The notes beneath the pieces were generated by a model that was not told the origin of the DNA, searched no databases, and was given only the letters and a program-made list of their open reading frames with translations. A stretch of 63,015 bases of DNA, filler included, from Asterionella formosa (lineage: Eukaryota), in NCBI GenBank assembly GCA_002256025.1. It is 20 parts of 20 records of this genome, joined end to end, with 100 filler letters (N's around TTAATTAATTAA, not from the genome) between each part and the next. Parts side by side here need not be neighbours in the genome. Positions count along the whole stretch, not along the records: positions 1 to 3,067 come from NKIB01014519.1; positions 3,168 to 6,232 come from NKIB01014520.1; positions 6,333 to 9,399 come from NKIB01014521.1; positions 9,500 to 12,561 come from NKIB01014522.1; 16 more parts are not named here. One strand, given 5' to 3'. Position 1 is the stretch's first letter; each line of letters starts with the position of its first letter. The position numbers and the translations under genes are program-made. This document shows positions 1 to 12,661 of the stretch, piece by piece.

Positions 1-329
1 GGTACCTGGTACCCTGGTACCTGGTCCGGGAATTCATGACAAGGTAATAGGCAATAGAAAACGAAAATGATCACGTGACTACGACATATACTAGCTGTGC
101 AAATACTTTGGCTTTGGCTGTCACTACTACCGGTACATTCTACTATCTCTTATCCAGCACGTACTAGGCAATAGAATACGAAAATGATCACGTGACTACA
201 ACAAATACATGTGCAAATACCATTGACTATAGTAGTCCATATACATAATTCGCGTAGATTTCTTGCATGGTTTGAGGACTGGTTTGGTACCATTATGTAC
301 CGGTAGTCAGGAAGGAAAAGCACATGTTT

Positions 330-490
330 GTAGCCAGCCCGTAACCGTTGAATTTTCGTGATACTTTTTGGTGATACAATTTCATTTTTATTTTTGTGGA
401 GAATGGATTTTTTCGGTTTAAATCGAGTAGCCGTTACATGATACTTTTTCAAAAAAAATGATACCAAATCGAAAATGATAAGAACGACCC
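330..490 (-). mobile_element. Terminus of a PIF/Harbinger-like DNA element (TTA + GGGTCGTTCTTATCATTTT); diverged copy at 22526-22710
   Basis: The reverse complement starts TTA-GGGTCGTTCTTATC and aligns by eye with TTA-GGGCCGTTCTTATC at 22523. A TTA/TAA target with a GGG terminus is typical of PIF/Harbinger. Confidence 0.5.
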
Positions 491-648
491 TAATAACATC
501 ACCAAGTCACATCGATCCAGCAAATTTTACCGACGGTACCTGGTACAAGGAACCTGGAACCGGTAGTAAATTCACATGATTTGGATTTCATCAGATTTGA
601 TGTAATAACAGATACCGGTATACCGGTAGCAACCTGTGTACCGGTAAA

Positions 649-857
649 TGTTGAGCGATCCTGCACATCGATACAGATGTATATAGGGTTAGGGTTATAT
701 CAAATATATCAGAACTCGACTAACACCTACTGTATACTTTGATGTCAACTTGGGATACATAAGATTAATTAGCTTATATATTCAAGAAATACTAATACTT
801 CTAGTTAGATACTTCACTTTGCATTCAAAAAGAGTCCAATTAGAAGAAAACAAACAT
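649..857 (+). mobile_element. Probable 5' LTR/leader of a Ty3/gypsy element
   Basis: Starts TG and lies directly upstream of the gag relic. It is closely similar to 40499-40724, which is also followed by a homologous gag start. Confidence 0.6.
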
Positions 858-863
858 GGCAAT

Positions 864-2666
864 GTATTCAAGGGTTCCTGTCATTCCTTTGATCAAAGAT
901 TACAATGTATTGACTATCAACACTAAAAATTCAGAGTTGCTTTAACCTGTGGAAGGTTTGAATCATTTGATCAAGATATAATCGATGGAAGCTCTGTGGA
1001 AGCATTGTTGATTGGAGTGAATCAATTTTGTGACATGGCTAACACATGTGCCTTTAGCCCTGCAGATACCTTTTCCTACTTTAAAGTTGTTTGACCAACA
1101 TTGCCTTATCGGATTGGTTGAATGTGGAGGTACACCCAGAAGATCAATCCTATGATAGTTTCGATGAAGCAATGACTTCATGGTTAGATGATCATTAACC
1201 AAACGAGAGTTTTCAACGTCAATGACAATGGATGCTATGCTAGTACTTGTCTAAACCCTTTTTCTATGTTGATAATGGATTTCGGAGCTTGTATTAAAAC
1301 TCTGAACAGGCTACTTCAACTAATGCCTCATCCAAAAGGAGATCAAAACGGATTGTCAAAAGAAGATATGCGGATCATCATCATCCGATCTATGCCCGAT
1401 GAGAGGCAACAAGAGTTTGAATTGAAGCATGCTAAAACTTCAGACCAATCAATTCGCTCGGTTCTCGCTTACTTCGAGAGTCAACAATCGTTTAAGGATC
1501 GAAACAAGCACCTTCCCAAGAACAGTTTTCAAACAATCACGCAAAATCGTCTTTGTATTGCTGAAGGCAATCGTGTGATGCATCAAGAAAACGAGCGTGT
1601 CAGTAGTCAATTCTACAACGATAATTTTAGTCAAAGTGGTCGTGGAAGGGCGCGTGCTATTGACAATGCAGCCGGTCGCGCATGGGATCGTCAGGAAACT
1701 GTTTGTCGTCAAGCTCTACAAGCCAGTTGTATGTACCATGATTATCGTGGCCCTTGCCCGGTACATCCTGTAGGTACACATACTTGGGGCAATTGTTTCC
1801 AGAATCCATGTACTCAAGGTGGTCGAGCAGGTTGCATGGCTGGTTGTCATAATGGACATGGCCGTTCCAGTTTTGGTAGACGAGGACATTTTGGTGGTCA
1901 TGGAGGCGGTTCACACAGTAATCCTATGGAAAGCTACCATACTGACACTGCTAACCCTGTGTCTGTTCCACATGCTTGTATGTTAAATACATGGTGGGGT
2001 TCTTCACCTACCAATCTTAAACAAGTCAGATCATTTCTTGGTGCTGTTACGTACTATTGAGACATGTTTCCTAGACGATCTCATGTTCCTGGACCACTTA
2101 CAGATTTAATTGGAACTAGTCCATTTGTCTGGTTACCTATACATCAACAAGTTTTTGAAGAAATGAAAGCGTTGTTGGTTGCAGATACACTCATGCGTTA
2201 TCCTGATCATACTAATCTTCCTTTTCATGTCTTCACTGATGCCTCTGACTATCAATTAGGGTCGGTCATTATGCAAAATGATCTCCCAGTTGCTTATTAT
2301 TCTCGCATATTATCTCCTGCTCAAAAGAATTATACTACTATTGAAAAAGAATTACTTTCTGTGTTAGAAACTTTCAAAGAATTTCGCTCTATGTTATTGG
2401 GCGCAGTTCTACATGTTCACACTGATCATCGAAATCTTATTTATAATACTTTACATACTCAATGTGTTCTAAGATGGAGACTTTATATTGAAGAATATCA
2501 TCCTACTTTTCACAATGTGAATGGGACTGACAATGCTATTGCAGATTCCATATCTCGCCTCCCGAGGCTTCAGTCTTTGGTGGGGGATGATATTGGACCG
2601 AAATCTCCAGCATCAACATCCATTTCTACCTTTTCAATTGAATTAGATGATGAACCTTTCATCTAA
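864..2666 (+). pseudogene. Internally deleted Ty3/gypsy gag-pol relic (gag, end of RT, RNase H)
   Basis: Gag-like ORF with CPVHPVGTHTWGNC and an RGG-rich tail, fused to the RT thumb (PTNLKQVRSFLGAVTYY*DMFPRRSH) and RNase H (FHVFTDASDYQLG, YTTIEKELLS, VHTDHRNL, NAIADSISRL). Protease and the RT core are missing; in-frame stops are present. Confidence 0.92.
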
Positions 2667-3067
2667 GATGCCGTTTATGGCACTTTTTCAAATTTATGTC
2701 TAAAGTGACGTATTTATGCTACTTTTCTAAAATATTATGCTACTTTTTTGGGAATTTATTTGGGTCAAACCAAAATTTATGTGTTCTAAAACAAAATTTA
2801 TTCTACTTATCTAATAATTATGTGATCAAACCAATAATTATGTGAGTTCGCAACAATATTTTTTTCCAACTAGCCCTCATAACGGTATAATGGCGAAATT
2901 ACGCCACTTCACGGCAATATTATGCTGGTCTCACCACATAATTAAGTAAAGAGTACCTAATTTCGATTCAATTATTATTTTTTCCTCTATCACATTTTCC
3001 CTTGATATCGACTGCCAAAGAACAAACAGCACAAGCAGTTGTTGGCGCCGATATCCGCATCCACAAA

Positions 3068-3167
3068 NNNNNNNNNNNNNNNNNNNNNNNNNNNNNNNNN
3101 NNNNNNNNNNNTTAATTAATTAANNNNNNNNNNNNNNNNNNNNNNNNNNNNNNNNNNNNNNNNNNNN
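3068..3167. other. Artificial contig-joining linker N44-TTAATTAATTAA-N44 (first of 19; others start at 6233, 9400, 12562, 15723, 18881, 22038, 25195, 28351, 31506, 34661, 37815, 40968, 44120, 47271, 50422, 53572, 56722, 59870)
   Basis: Identical 100-nt spacer with stops in all six frames. Flanking contig lengths fall almost monotonically from 3067 to 3046 nt. Confidence 0.99.
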
Positions 3168-3276
3168 CGAATATTTCCACTCCACCATGATAATCAGGAC
3201 GCACCCGCGAATGCGAATTATATAAATATATGACATGCATAACATAATGTGTAACATTTTACATGACCGTCACTCT

Positions 3277-3475
3277 GGTAAGTACAAAAACAGTGCCCTT
3301 CTACATATTCATATCAAAAACAAACAACCAGTACTTACACATTCATTCCCATACCAGTTTCCATCTGTAGGATTAGTCATACTGCGTGCTACAGTTACAT
3401 GTCCAGCCCTAGAGGGCTGGATGCTCTATAGGGATGACGCCTAGAGGCGTCTTCCCTTTACCCTAACCCTAACCC
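3277..3475 (+). repeat. Dispersed ~190-nt repeat ending in twin GC-rich hairpins followed by CCCTAA repeats
   Basis: Hairpins CCAGCCC-TAGA-GGGCTGG and GGGATGACGCC-TAGA-GGCGTCTTCCC. Reverse-complement copies lie at 35787-36145. Confidence 0.85.
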
Positions 3476-3873
3476 TTTTTGGCAACTTAAGTAGTCACCC
3501 CATCGTCGCTTGGATAATAGTCATTGTAGCCCTCACACATACACTAACCCTAACCTGATCGTTTCTTCATCGCTTACCTAACCCTAACCCTAATTTTTAT
3601 TTGGTTATTTTTTGGTACCTGGTATTTTGTACTAGGATACCTGTTTTAGGCACCGATTAAAATAGTCCGTTTTGGTACGTTGTACCACGTTGTTCTTTCA
3701 GGTATATGTAATTTGTGACTGGTAATGTGAATGGTGATGTGACTGGAAATGTAACGGGTGATGTGACTGCCGGTTATACTGGGGGACATGTTGAGGGCTT
3801 GAATGATGACAAGAGACAAATTTGACTCGTTATCCATGTCGTATAATGGCTTACTCGAGTGAATTTAATGGGT

Positions 3874-4551
3874 TCACCTTCTCGACATCATCCGTCTCCA
3901 GAGGTCACAATACCCACTTGTAATAACCGCACTGCTGTCGTCAGCGATAAAGGGAGGTTCACCAGCTATCCCAACACATGAATTTTTATTGGGACCATAG
4001 GAACAGAGCGTTTCTTCATCGCTTATGTTATAATGTTTCTTGCAAATGCTGTACTTCAAGGCAAAGTGTCTTACTTCTATCCGTTCAGATGAGTTTTTAT
4101 TAAATCCATAAACAGTCAATGCAGAATTATCAGCAGGCCAAGAACTGTTGTCATTTAAAATAACATTCGCAGACAAAGCATTGCCTATACTTGAACCAAC
4201 CGAAGGAGAAATCTGGTACTGGATCTCAAGAGAAAGAGATTTTCCGTTCCAAATTGCATGAGTAACGGTAGAGTTTTCATTCGTTATAGATTTCCTTGTA
4301 CCTTGAGTTTCAGTATAAAAAATCTGGACGTAGCTTTTCCTTAGATTATGATTCTTTATGTTGTAGCAATTAGTTTTACTTAACAACGTATCTCCTTGTT
4401 GCGATGAACCACTACAACTGGAAAACTCTTTTTCTCCTTTTGGTACAATTACTCTTTTAAAAAAAACAGTAAAGCTAAGAAATTTCTTGCCGTTGTCAGT
4501 TGCTATGCCTTTGGCAGCTCTCAACCATAGAAAGGTCAACAAGACGAGCAT
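3874..4551 (-). CDS. Hypothetical protein, possibly secreted
   Basis: 225-codon ORF with a hydrophobic N-terminus and Cys residues; no domain recognised. Confidence 0.35.
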   Translation of the reverse strand: MLVLLTFLWLRAAKGIATDNGKKFLSFTVFFKRVIVPKGEKEFSSCSGSSQQGDTLLSKTNCYNIKNHNLRKSYVQIFYTETQGTRKSITNENSTVTHAIWNGKSLSLEIQYQISPSVGSSIGNALSANVILNDNSSWPADNSALTVYGFNKNSSERIEVRHFALKYSICKKHYNISDEETLCSYGPNKNSCVGIAGEPPFIADDSSAVITSGYCDLWRRMMSRR

Positions 4552-4867
4552 AAACTAATTGGGAGGAAAAATGCGAAATGGTTGGATTAAAAAACTTTAT
4601 GAAAAAACAATCATCATTGAATTTGACGATGTGAAAATCGAATCTCTCTCCTCTTCCTAATTTTGTCCTGGTGATGCTGTTCGCAGCATATCAGCTTGCT
4701 TATGATTCGCTAAAGCTTGTCCCTTAGTACTTACATTCTTCATGCTGATGAATTTTCTTTTTTTGTAAACAAATAAAAAATTGTAACTGATCCGAAATTT
4801 AAGAGATTTATGATTTTCCCTGTTCTGTATCTATAGTCTTGAAATAACAACTGTTACTAGATTGCTC

Positions 4868-6232
4868 TTCTAACTGTTAATCGGTCATTTGCTTCATATG
4901 TAGAGTACCTGTACACACTGTACCGATCTGAAGTAAATGAATCATGTTTGCATATCCAAAATCAGCCCAGTCATCATCTTTTGAGTCTAGTCATGAACAT
5001 GAATCAATCTTTAGTAAGATACGAGTAACAGGTGTCAAAAGATTTGATGTAGTCTGAAATAAGTCGAAACAGAGATAGACAGTATATATATAGCAGAAAA
5101 ATATGCAAATGTCAAGGTTCCCCTAGTCTTCATGAAGAATCAAGTCATGAGAATAGTACATATATCAAGTCATAAAGAATCAAGTCCTCTTCTAACCGTT
5201 AATTGGACATTTGCTTCAGATGTAGAATGCTGGTACACACTGTACCGATTTGAAGTAAAAAAATCTTGCTTGCATCTCCAAAATCAGCCTAGTCATTATC
5301 TTATGAGTCTAGTCATGAACATGAATCAATCTTTAGTAAGATACGAGTAACAGGTGTCAAAAGATTTGATGTAGTCTGAAATAAGTCGAAACAGAGATAG
5401 ACAGTATATATATAGCAGAAAAATATGCAAATGTCAAGGTTCCCCTAGTCTTCATGAAGAATCAAGTCATGAGAATAGTACATATATCAAGTCATAAAGA
5501 ATCAAGTCCTCTTCTAACCGTTAATTGGACATTTGCTTCAGATGTAGAATGCTGGTACACACTGTACCGATTTGAAGTAAAAAAATCTTTCTTGCTTCTC
5601 CAAAATCAGCCTAGTCATTATCTTTTGAGTCTAGTCATGAACATGAATCAATCTTTAGTAAGATACGAGTAACAGGTGTCAAAAGATTTGATGTAGTCTG
5701 AAATAAGTCGAAACAGAGATAGACAGTATATATATAGCAGAAAAATATGCTAATGTCAAGGTTCCCCTAGTCTTCATGAAGAATCAAGTCATGAGAATAG
5801 TACATATATCAAGTCATAAAGAATCAAGTCCTCTTCTAGCCGTTAATTGGACATTTGCTTCAGATGTAGAATGCTGGTACACACTGTACCGAATTGAAGT
5901 AAATTATCTTGCTTGCATCTCCAAAATCAGCCTAGTCATTATCTTTTGAGTCTAGTCATGAACATGAATCAATCTTTAATAAGATACGAGTAACAGGTGT
6001 CAAAAGATTTGATGTAGTCTAAAATAAGTCGAAACAGAGATAGACAGTATATACATAGCAGAAAAATATGCAAATGTCAAGGTTCCCCTAGTCTTCATGA
6101 AGAATCAAGTCATGAGAATAGTACATATATCAAGTCATAAAGAATCAAGTCCTCTTCTAACCGTTAATTGGACATTTGCTTCAGATGTAGAATGCTGGTA
6201 CACACTGTACCGATTTGAAGTAAAAAAATCTT
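4868..6232. repeat. Tandem satellite, ~322-nt unit, ~4.2 copies, runs off the contig end
   Basis: ATGAAGAATCAAGTCATGAG recurs at 5132, 5454, 5776 and 6097. The first partial unit is the most diverged. Confidence 0.97.
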
Positions 6233-6332
6233 NNNNNNNNNNNNNNNNNNNNNNNNNNNNNNNNNNNNNNNNNNNNTTAATTAATTAANNNNNNNNNNNN
6301 NNNNNNNNNNNNNNNNNNNNNNNNNNNNNNNN

Positions 6333-9300
6333 TTTATTGGTGACACATTTCGCAAACGTCCTGGACCAGCATCGTGGAGCTTGTACTATCCCGTACATAG
6401 CCTTCACAAGCTTGCAAACATGTGTATCGGAATCGACTCCGATCAAACCTTGAGGGGGCTCAATATAAATGTCCTCATCGACGTCAGCATTTAGAAATGC
6501 TGCTTCCACATCAATAGCCTCCGCTCGCCAACCGTTGTACATCGTCACTGCGAGTACCGTTTTGATTGTCGCATCGCTTGCAACTGGAGCAAATGTCTCA
6601 GTAAAATCGACACCTGGGATTTGCTCATATCCCTTCACGACCAATCTTGCCTTGTAAATGGTCTTCCCGGTTAACACATCTTCTTTAATTCGAAACACCC
6701 ATCTCGTTTTTAGTGTTCGCTTCTTAACAGTATCACGTTTGACAACTTTCCACACTCCTCTCGACTGGAAGTTTTCATATTCTTTGTTGATCGCCTTGAT
6801 CCACTCTTTCTTGTCTGGTCTTGCCATTGCTTCATCGTAGCTTGTTGGTAATCCTGGATCAGAAGCCAGACTTGCGTTGTACACAAAATTCACCTGTGTA
6901 TTCTTCGTAATTTCCTTCATGTTATCCTCCTCGATAACACCAGGCATCTCAGTATCTCCTGAAAATTTCACAATTTTCGTACTCGTAGGATTGAACGATG
7001 AGTCCAATCTTCGCATTTCACGTGCCAACTTCGCTTGCTTAGACTGAGCACTTTCCGCACGTTTAGCCTTCACAATTGGGGTATTGGTACCTGTAACCTC
7101 GTATTTCGTAGTACTACCGTCTATCTTAGTTGATTGTTCAGTTTTCCTCCCCAATTCTTACTTGTCATCATCTTCATCTTCATTATCGGACACTTCTCGA
7201 GGTTCGAACTCGTCGTAAAAATCGTCATGTAACTCTTCATTATCTTCTCGTACTGATATCTCCGTATCCTGTTGGTTGGTGACTGGCTTGAACATTTTCT
7301 CTAGTCCATCCGTTGGTACGTTTGTTCCATGCCACTCACTCCACTTTACGTCACGTGTATTGACCACAGTATTTGTCTCGTGATTATACATGCGATACGT
7401 ATCTTGAGAGTGGTCATCTGAGTATCCCAAAAAGACACACTTGATGGAATGTGCATCTAATTTCTTGACACCTTCTCTTACAGTAACCCAACCAACACGT
7501 CCAAATTGCCTGTAGAGCTTGTAGGGCCTCCTTGTATTCGTTTCTCCATAGAACACATCATCAGGACTCTTCTTAGTCACTGAATTCACTGTACTGTTTG
7601 TCAATCTTGTCGCAGTATGTACAGCTTCTGCCCACAATAGCCCCTGATATTCATCTGTGAACTTCGCACTTAGCATCATAGCGAGTGCTCTCTGACGCAC
7701 TGTAACAAAACCACGTTCCACAACACCGTTGTGCTGCGGAGTATGAGGTGCCGTAAATTCCATCTTGACACCTTGGTTTTCGCATACTTTCTTTAGTTGC
7801 TTGGAGTTCTCACCTGCGTCATCACATCGGCTAAATTTAGTCTTATGTCCCGCACCTGCAAGTTTTGTGAGTAACAACGCTCCAATGACAGTTCCGATGT
7901 CACTTTTCTTCTTAATAAAATAACTCCAGCGTTTCCTTGTATAATCGTCCACGGCCATCACCCAATACTGATTTCCCACAGCGGATTTTGCGTAGGGTCC
8001 GCTAATATCAATAAACAGTCTTTCTCCTGGTGTCGTAGCCTTCTCTTGCGTCATCTTGGGTACTGCGCGTGCTTTCGCCTTGGCTGCTGCGCATCCTGCG
8101 CACACCTTTAAATTTCCAACAAGTTTCCACCCAAATAATTTCGATGTCTCACGAAGACATTTTTCCCCACATGTCCAAGCATTTCATGCGCTTCATTTAT
8201 TTCCACAATCACATCATTATTTTCGTTCGCGTTTCTTTTCTTGATCGTTTCACCTATCGCTTTCGTCGTTTTCTTCTTATCGTTAACTTTCGTCCATTCA
8301 TTCTCGTCTTCTTTAGTATCATAGTCGATGGATTGTTGTGTTGGCTTCTCGCTTTCTTGTCCCACCTCCAACACCGCTTCCTTTAGAATAGGCGTTCCTT
8401 GCACATGGTACATTGCACCAATTGTCCTCGTTTCATCACGTTTACAGATCAAAAATCCGTTGTTGTTTCTGATCGTCATCTTATCATCGTCAAACATAAC
8501 TTTATTTCCCTTGTCAATAATTCTCGAAATACTGATAATGTTCTGCTTGAACTCCGGTGCATAGAGCACATTGGTGAGTTTCAACACTTTTCCTTTGTCT
8601 GTCGTCGTAAGGGTCACCGTGCCTGATACGTTCGGAACAATTGCTGCGCCGTTTCCCACAAGAACAGTTTCACGCACTGCGCGCTTGTCCTCCATGATGC
8701 GCTCATCATTGCATATATGTACCGTAGCGCCACTATCTAGTAGCCAACGGTCCTTATGCACGCACGTATAATTTACCTCTTCGTTGTACCTTGCCTCAAT
8801 GCACGTCACCACGAGCATTCCTTGCGTAGTGGTGTTGGCGTCTTCTCCCTTCTGTTTGATTGGTGCATTTTGTTGATTGTTGCACTCACTGGCATAGTGC
8901 CCCATCTTCTGGCAATTATAACACTTCACATTCTTTCTCTTATTTCGTTGCTCGGGAGTTAATTCTCTCTTTTCTGTAGTATTGCCCTTGCTTCGGCAAT
9001 CAACTGCCTTGTGGCCATACTTGCCACACTTCCTGCAGTCTCCCTTAAACTTGCTTTTTGAAAAGAAGGCCTGCTCGCCATTCTTATTCGTCTTGGTTTC
9101 GTCACGCACATACAAATCGTAATAGTCGTGTACATTCTTCTTGACCTCTTGGATCGTGAGCTCGGAGCTCGCGAGACCAAATTTTCCAACCACCAAACTC
9201 TTGTAGACTTCCGGTAGGCTGTTGATAACATGGGCCACATAGGCACCATCCGAAATTGCGGAGCTCGTACGACTCAATCGTTCTCGAATTCTATCCAACT

Positions 9301-9399
9301 CCACAAACCAAATGTCGGGGTTCTCATTCTCGTTAATCGTGCATTTTGTCCACTGACCTGACAAGGCAATCACATTTGCCATATTACTTGACTCGTACG
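6333..9399 (-). mobile_element. Ty1/copia LTR retrotransposon gag-pol, partial, with one frameshift (~8165) and one in-frame stop (7158-7160)
   Basis: Two CCHC knuckles (CRKCGKYGHKAVDC, CYNCQKMGHYASEC), protease WLLDSGAT, HHCC plus integrase core (IDISGP, RCDDAGE, HNGVVER) and RT (YKARLVVKGYEQIPGVDF, IDVEAAFLNA). Domain order PR-IN-RT. Confidence 0.97.
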
Positions 9400-9499
9400 N
9401 NNNNNNNNNNNNNNNNNNNNNNNNNNNNNNNNNNNNNNNNNNNTTAATTAATTAANNNNNNNNNNNNNNNNNNNNNNNNNNNNNNNNNNNNNNNNNNNN

Positions 9500-9653
9500 C
9501 CATTGCACCATCCAGCATGGACTTCCAGCTCCGGATCTGCTTTGGCTGAACCAAATATGCTCTGGCGGTTGCCTTGATATTGTTGGGCTTGCTGTATGCT
9601 TCCGCAACAATATTTTTCTTTTGCCTGATGCAGAGATATTTTTTCGTTGTCAT
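9500..9653 (-). CDS. N-terminal HTH (Brinker/psq-like) of a pogo-family transposase, truncated by the contig end
   Basis: KKNIVAEAYS...IKATARAYLVQPKQIRSWK is a typical pogo N-terminal HTH, ~390 nt inside a TA-CCGTA terminus. Confidence 0.7.
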
Positions 9654-10039
9654 GCTGATGATTCCGTAGAAAATGATTTGGTTGGCTAACCTTAATTTCT
9701 ATCACGATTAGGTTTGTAGAACCTACACAATTTATTACATCGTAGAATCAGGTACAAATTGTATACACTCTAGAAATTTCTGTTGAAGTCATGACGAAAT
9801 TCGGGCGCGCCAGTGCTCCAAAAATAGAAATTCAATTGATCCTAGAAGCCGATTGAACCTAAAACAATATATCTTTTAATGTTGCTATTTATGTTTTAGA
9901 CTATGGAGAAAACGGTGGTGAAGTTGGTTTTTTCATAAAAGTTTGACAATCAAAAAAGTTCCAATGTCTTGTACTCCCCTCTAAGTAAAATCAGTCGTGG
10001 CTGTGTACATTGAGGGGTACGAGACACCAGGTTTTACGG
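9500..10039 (-). mobile_element. Left end of a pogo-like element (terminus TA-CCGTAAAACCTGGTGTCTCG); second terminal copy at ~11318-11401
   Basis: The terminal ~80 nt are duplicated at 11318-11401, both copies ending CGG-TA. The subterminal motif AATGTACAC..GACTGATTTTACTTAG is shared with the MITE in the next contig. Confidence 0.7.
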
Positions 10040-10693
10040 TACTAAGGAGAAGTTGGTTTTATGTTAAACCACTTTGTCATAACGTGTTTGTACCAGGGTA
10101 CCAGTAAACAACTGCAGTGACCCCTTGAATGCAGAATAACATGTTTTACTATCAAAACTTATGTAAATGACAATTATGAGAGTTCTAGCTCCTTCTGGAG
10201 CATAAAGGCTAGTAGCTAGTCAGTTGTGTAGCTACTTAGTTTGAGATTTGGAGTCAGCTGTTCATCTCAAAAGATTGCCAAAAATAGCGAATCGACCACA
10301 AAACATGGTGAACACGGATTTAGCACAATAAATACTTGCCTTGAAAAAGGGGAATACAAATGGGCTATACAACAGATTATCATAAGAAAAGAGCAGCAAT
10401 AGCGACTCATCAAATTACAACCCCTTCTACCACTTTGGTAACATGCCAATCAGTTGAGACATAGCTAGTGGAGAAGCATTGAAGCTTGGAAAGCCAGCTG
10501 ATAGCATTGCCTTTCCTATTCTTACGCAGCTAGGACAATGCCTGTCTAGCGCTACAGAGTATCAAAAACTAATATGATTATGCATTTGTATATTAGTATT
10601 CTAAAATAGATAAAACTCTCTTCTGTTTTCCCAATTTGTTTTAAGCTGCCTAGGGAGATAGCTTCAGAATCAATCATACTAACACTGAAGCTC

Positions 10694-11250
10694 AGTAAAT
10701 TTCATTAGTTCTACAGGATAGCGCACATTTTTCTAAGATGTATTAATATGACAATTATTTCTGTGATGTGAAAAAAGAGAGTTCTTCACCTCGCAAGAAA
10801 AATGCGACTTCATGTTGTTATCGGCGATCTCAATTTTCGTTGTCATTATTAGTGTTATTACTTTACTTCTTTTACAATTGTATTTTCCATGTCGTTCTTA
10901 ATACAGGTAGCAAGTAGCAAACTGTCGTTCTCAATTTTCGTGGAGATAATTCGTATTTTCGTCATGGTCAAGGTTGCCACAACATGATGAAGGATTCTCC
11001 AGGTGCTCACAGCCACTACCTGTCTTCTCTTGTGTTTTGTATGTACAAAGGAATCGCAACATGATAGCTAAATCATTATATTCTAGTGCCTACGAGGACA
11101 AAAAGAATTCAATTACCTACCGGTATAGCACGTTACTTTGTCTATGACAAGAAAATTATTGGGTGTTTGGTTCCACCTCGAGAAAAATGTACAGGGGGGT
11201 CCAGCAACCATAGGGGGGGGGGTCCAGGACAATGAAGTACAGGTATACGG
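10694..11250 (+). mobile_element. pogo/Tc1-mariner-like MITE, right part
   Basis: Highly similar to 12735-13270 and ends in the same TIR, with an extra CAGGTA. Confidence 0.8.
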
Positions 11251-12253
11251 GTATTTCTTTTCATGTTGCTATTTGCGTTGCGGTGAAGTTGGTTTGCTTG
11301 CAGTGTTGGTAATCAAAAAGGTCCAATGTCTTGTACTCCCCTCTAAGTAAAATCAGAATTTGCTATGTACTTTGAGGGGAACGAGACACCAGGTATTGCG
11401 GTACCTGGTACCAGGTACGGTAGAAGTCTTAATCGACCAAATGCCGGTACGTGCAAGTTGCGTTCATTTGCTTTAATAAATTTTTTAATCAAAGATAAAG
11501 ACAGCTAAATCTTCTGTTCTGCAAAATTACCGCAACTTGCTAAAATTTTGTCGTCAAGGGGGTCATTTTCGACCAAGACCGAAGGATATTTGGTCTTGGT
11601 CGATGAGGTGGCTAAAATTCTTTGCTTTTTTGAACAACATAAGGCATCATGACGTGTAATGACCGGTAACTTCACTTCATGGGTTGGTATTTGGTCGATG
11701 AGTTGGAAAATGCTCTGAGCTCTGTTGACATGTCAAAACTACGTACCAGATACTGAGTTTTTTGTACTCCGAGTGCGAGGTCATATCAGCGGCTTTGTCT
11801 TAAATATATACATTTATCATTTTTCATAGGACGACTATCGATCGATGTATACCTCAACTTGCTGATCACAGCGTATGGGGATAGCCGTCTATCAAAAATA
11901 TTCGAAGTATGCACTTAGAGTGCTGGTAAATTATTTATACCGCTGCCAACATGGCTGCTCTTGTACATAACAGTCCTTTCCTATCAATGTCCTGTAAATC
12001 TTTTCGAAGTTCACCACGCGACAAGAAAAGTTAGGTGTATTATGTAAGAACTCTTCCTATTTGGGAAAAGTAATTATTTTGCATTATTTCTTCATCGGAA
12101 AGGAATACGATAATTTCTGGCTTTGACAATGATTCAACAAAACTTTGTCAATTTGGATCACTCGTTTCGCACTTAATTTATATTCAATCAGTTAAAAGAA
12201 GTCGCTCGTCAGCACAATTAACAAGTTCTATTCCATTCAAGCAGTCATTGACA

Positions 12254-12561
12254 ATGTTTCGACTATCTTGTCGGAAAGCAAAATTGCAAGATGATCATGT
12301 CAAACGGTTGAAAGCGAATGATCCAAGTTTGGTGTACCTAGATCTCAGCGATAGATCAATTCGTTATGTTGGCGCCAAGTCCATTGCAAAGGCCCTTAAG
12401 GTCAATACTGTCTTGACTACACTTTATCTTGGAGGTAATTCAATTGGTGGAATTGGGGCAAAAGCAATTGCAGAGGCCCTCACGGTCAATACTGTCTTGA
12501 CTACACTTTATCTCGGAGGAAATTTAATTGGTGAAATCGGGGCAAAAGCAATTGCAGAGGC
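12254..12561 (+). CDS. RI-type leucine-rich repeat protein (NLRC3-like repeats), 3'-truncated
   Basis: RLKANDPSLVYLDL followed by 28-aa repeats GAKAIAEALxVNTVLTTLYLGGNxIG. Confidence 0.85.
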
Positions 12562-12661
12562 NNNNNNNNNNNNNNNNNNNNNNNNNNNNNNNNNNNNNNN
12601 NNNNNTTAATTAATTAANNNNNNNNNNNNNNNNNNNNNNNNNNNNNNNNNNNNNNNNNNNN

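Noticed and set aside
5132..6288. Repeated 72-aa ORFs (MKNQVMRIV...)
   Set aside because: By-product of the 322-nt satellite; disrupted in one unit and with no domain features.
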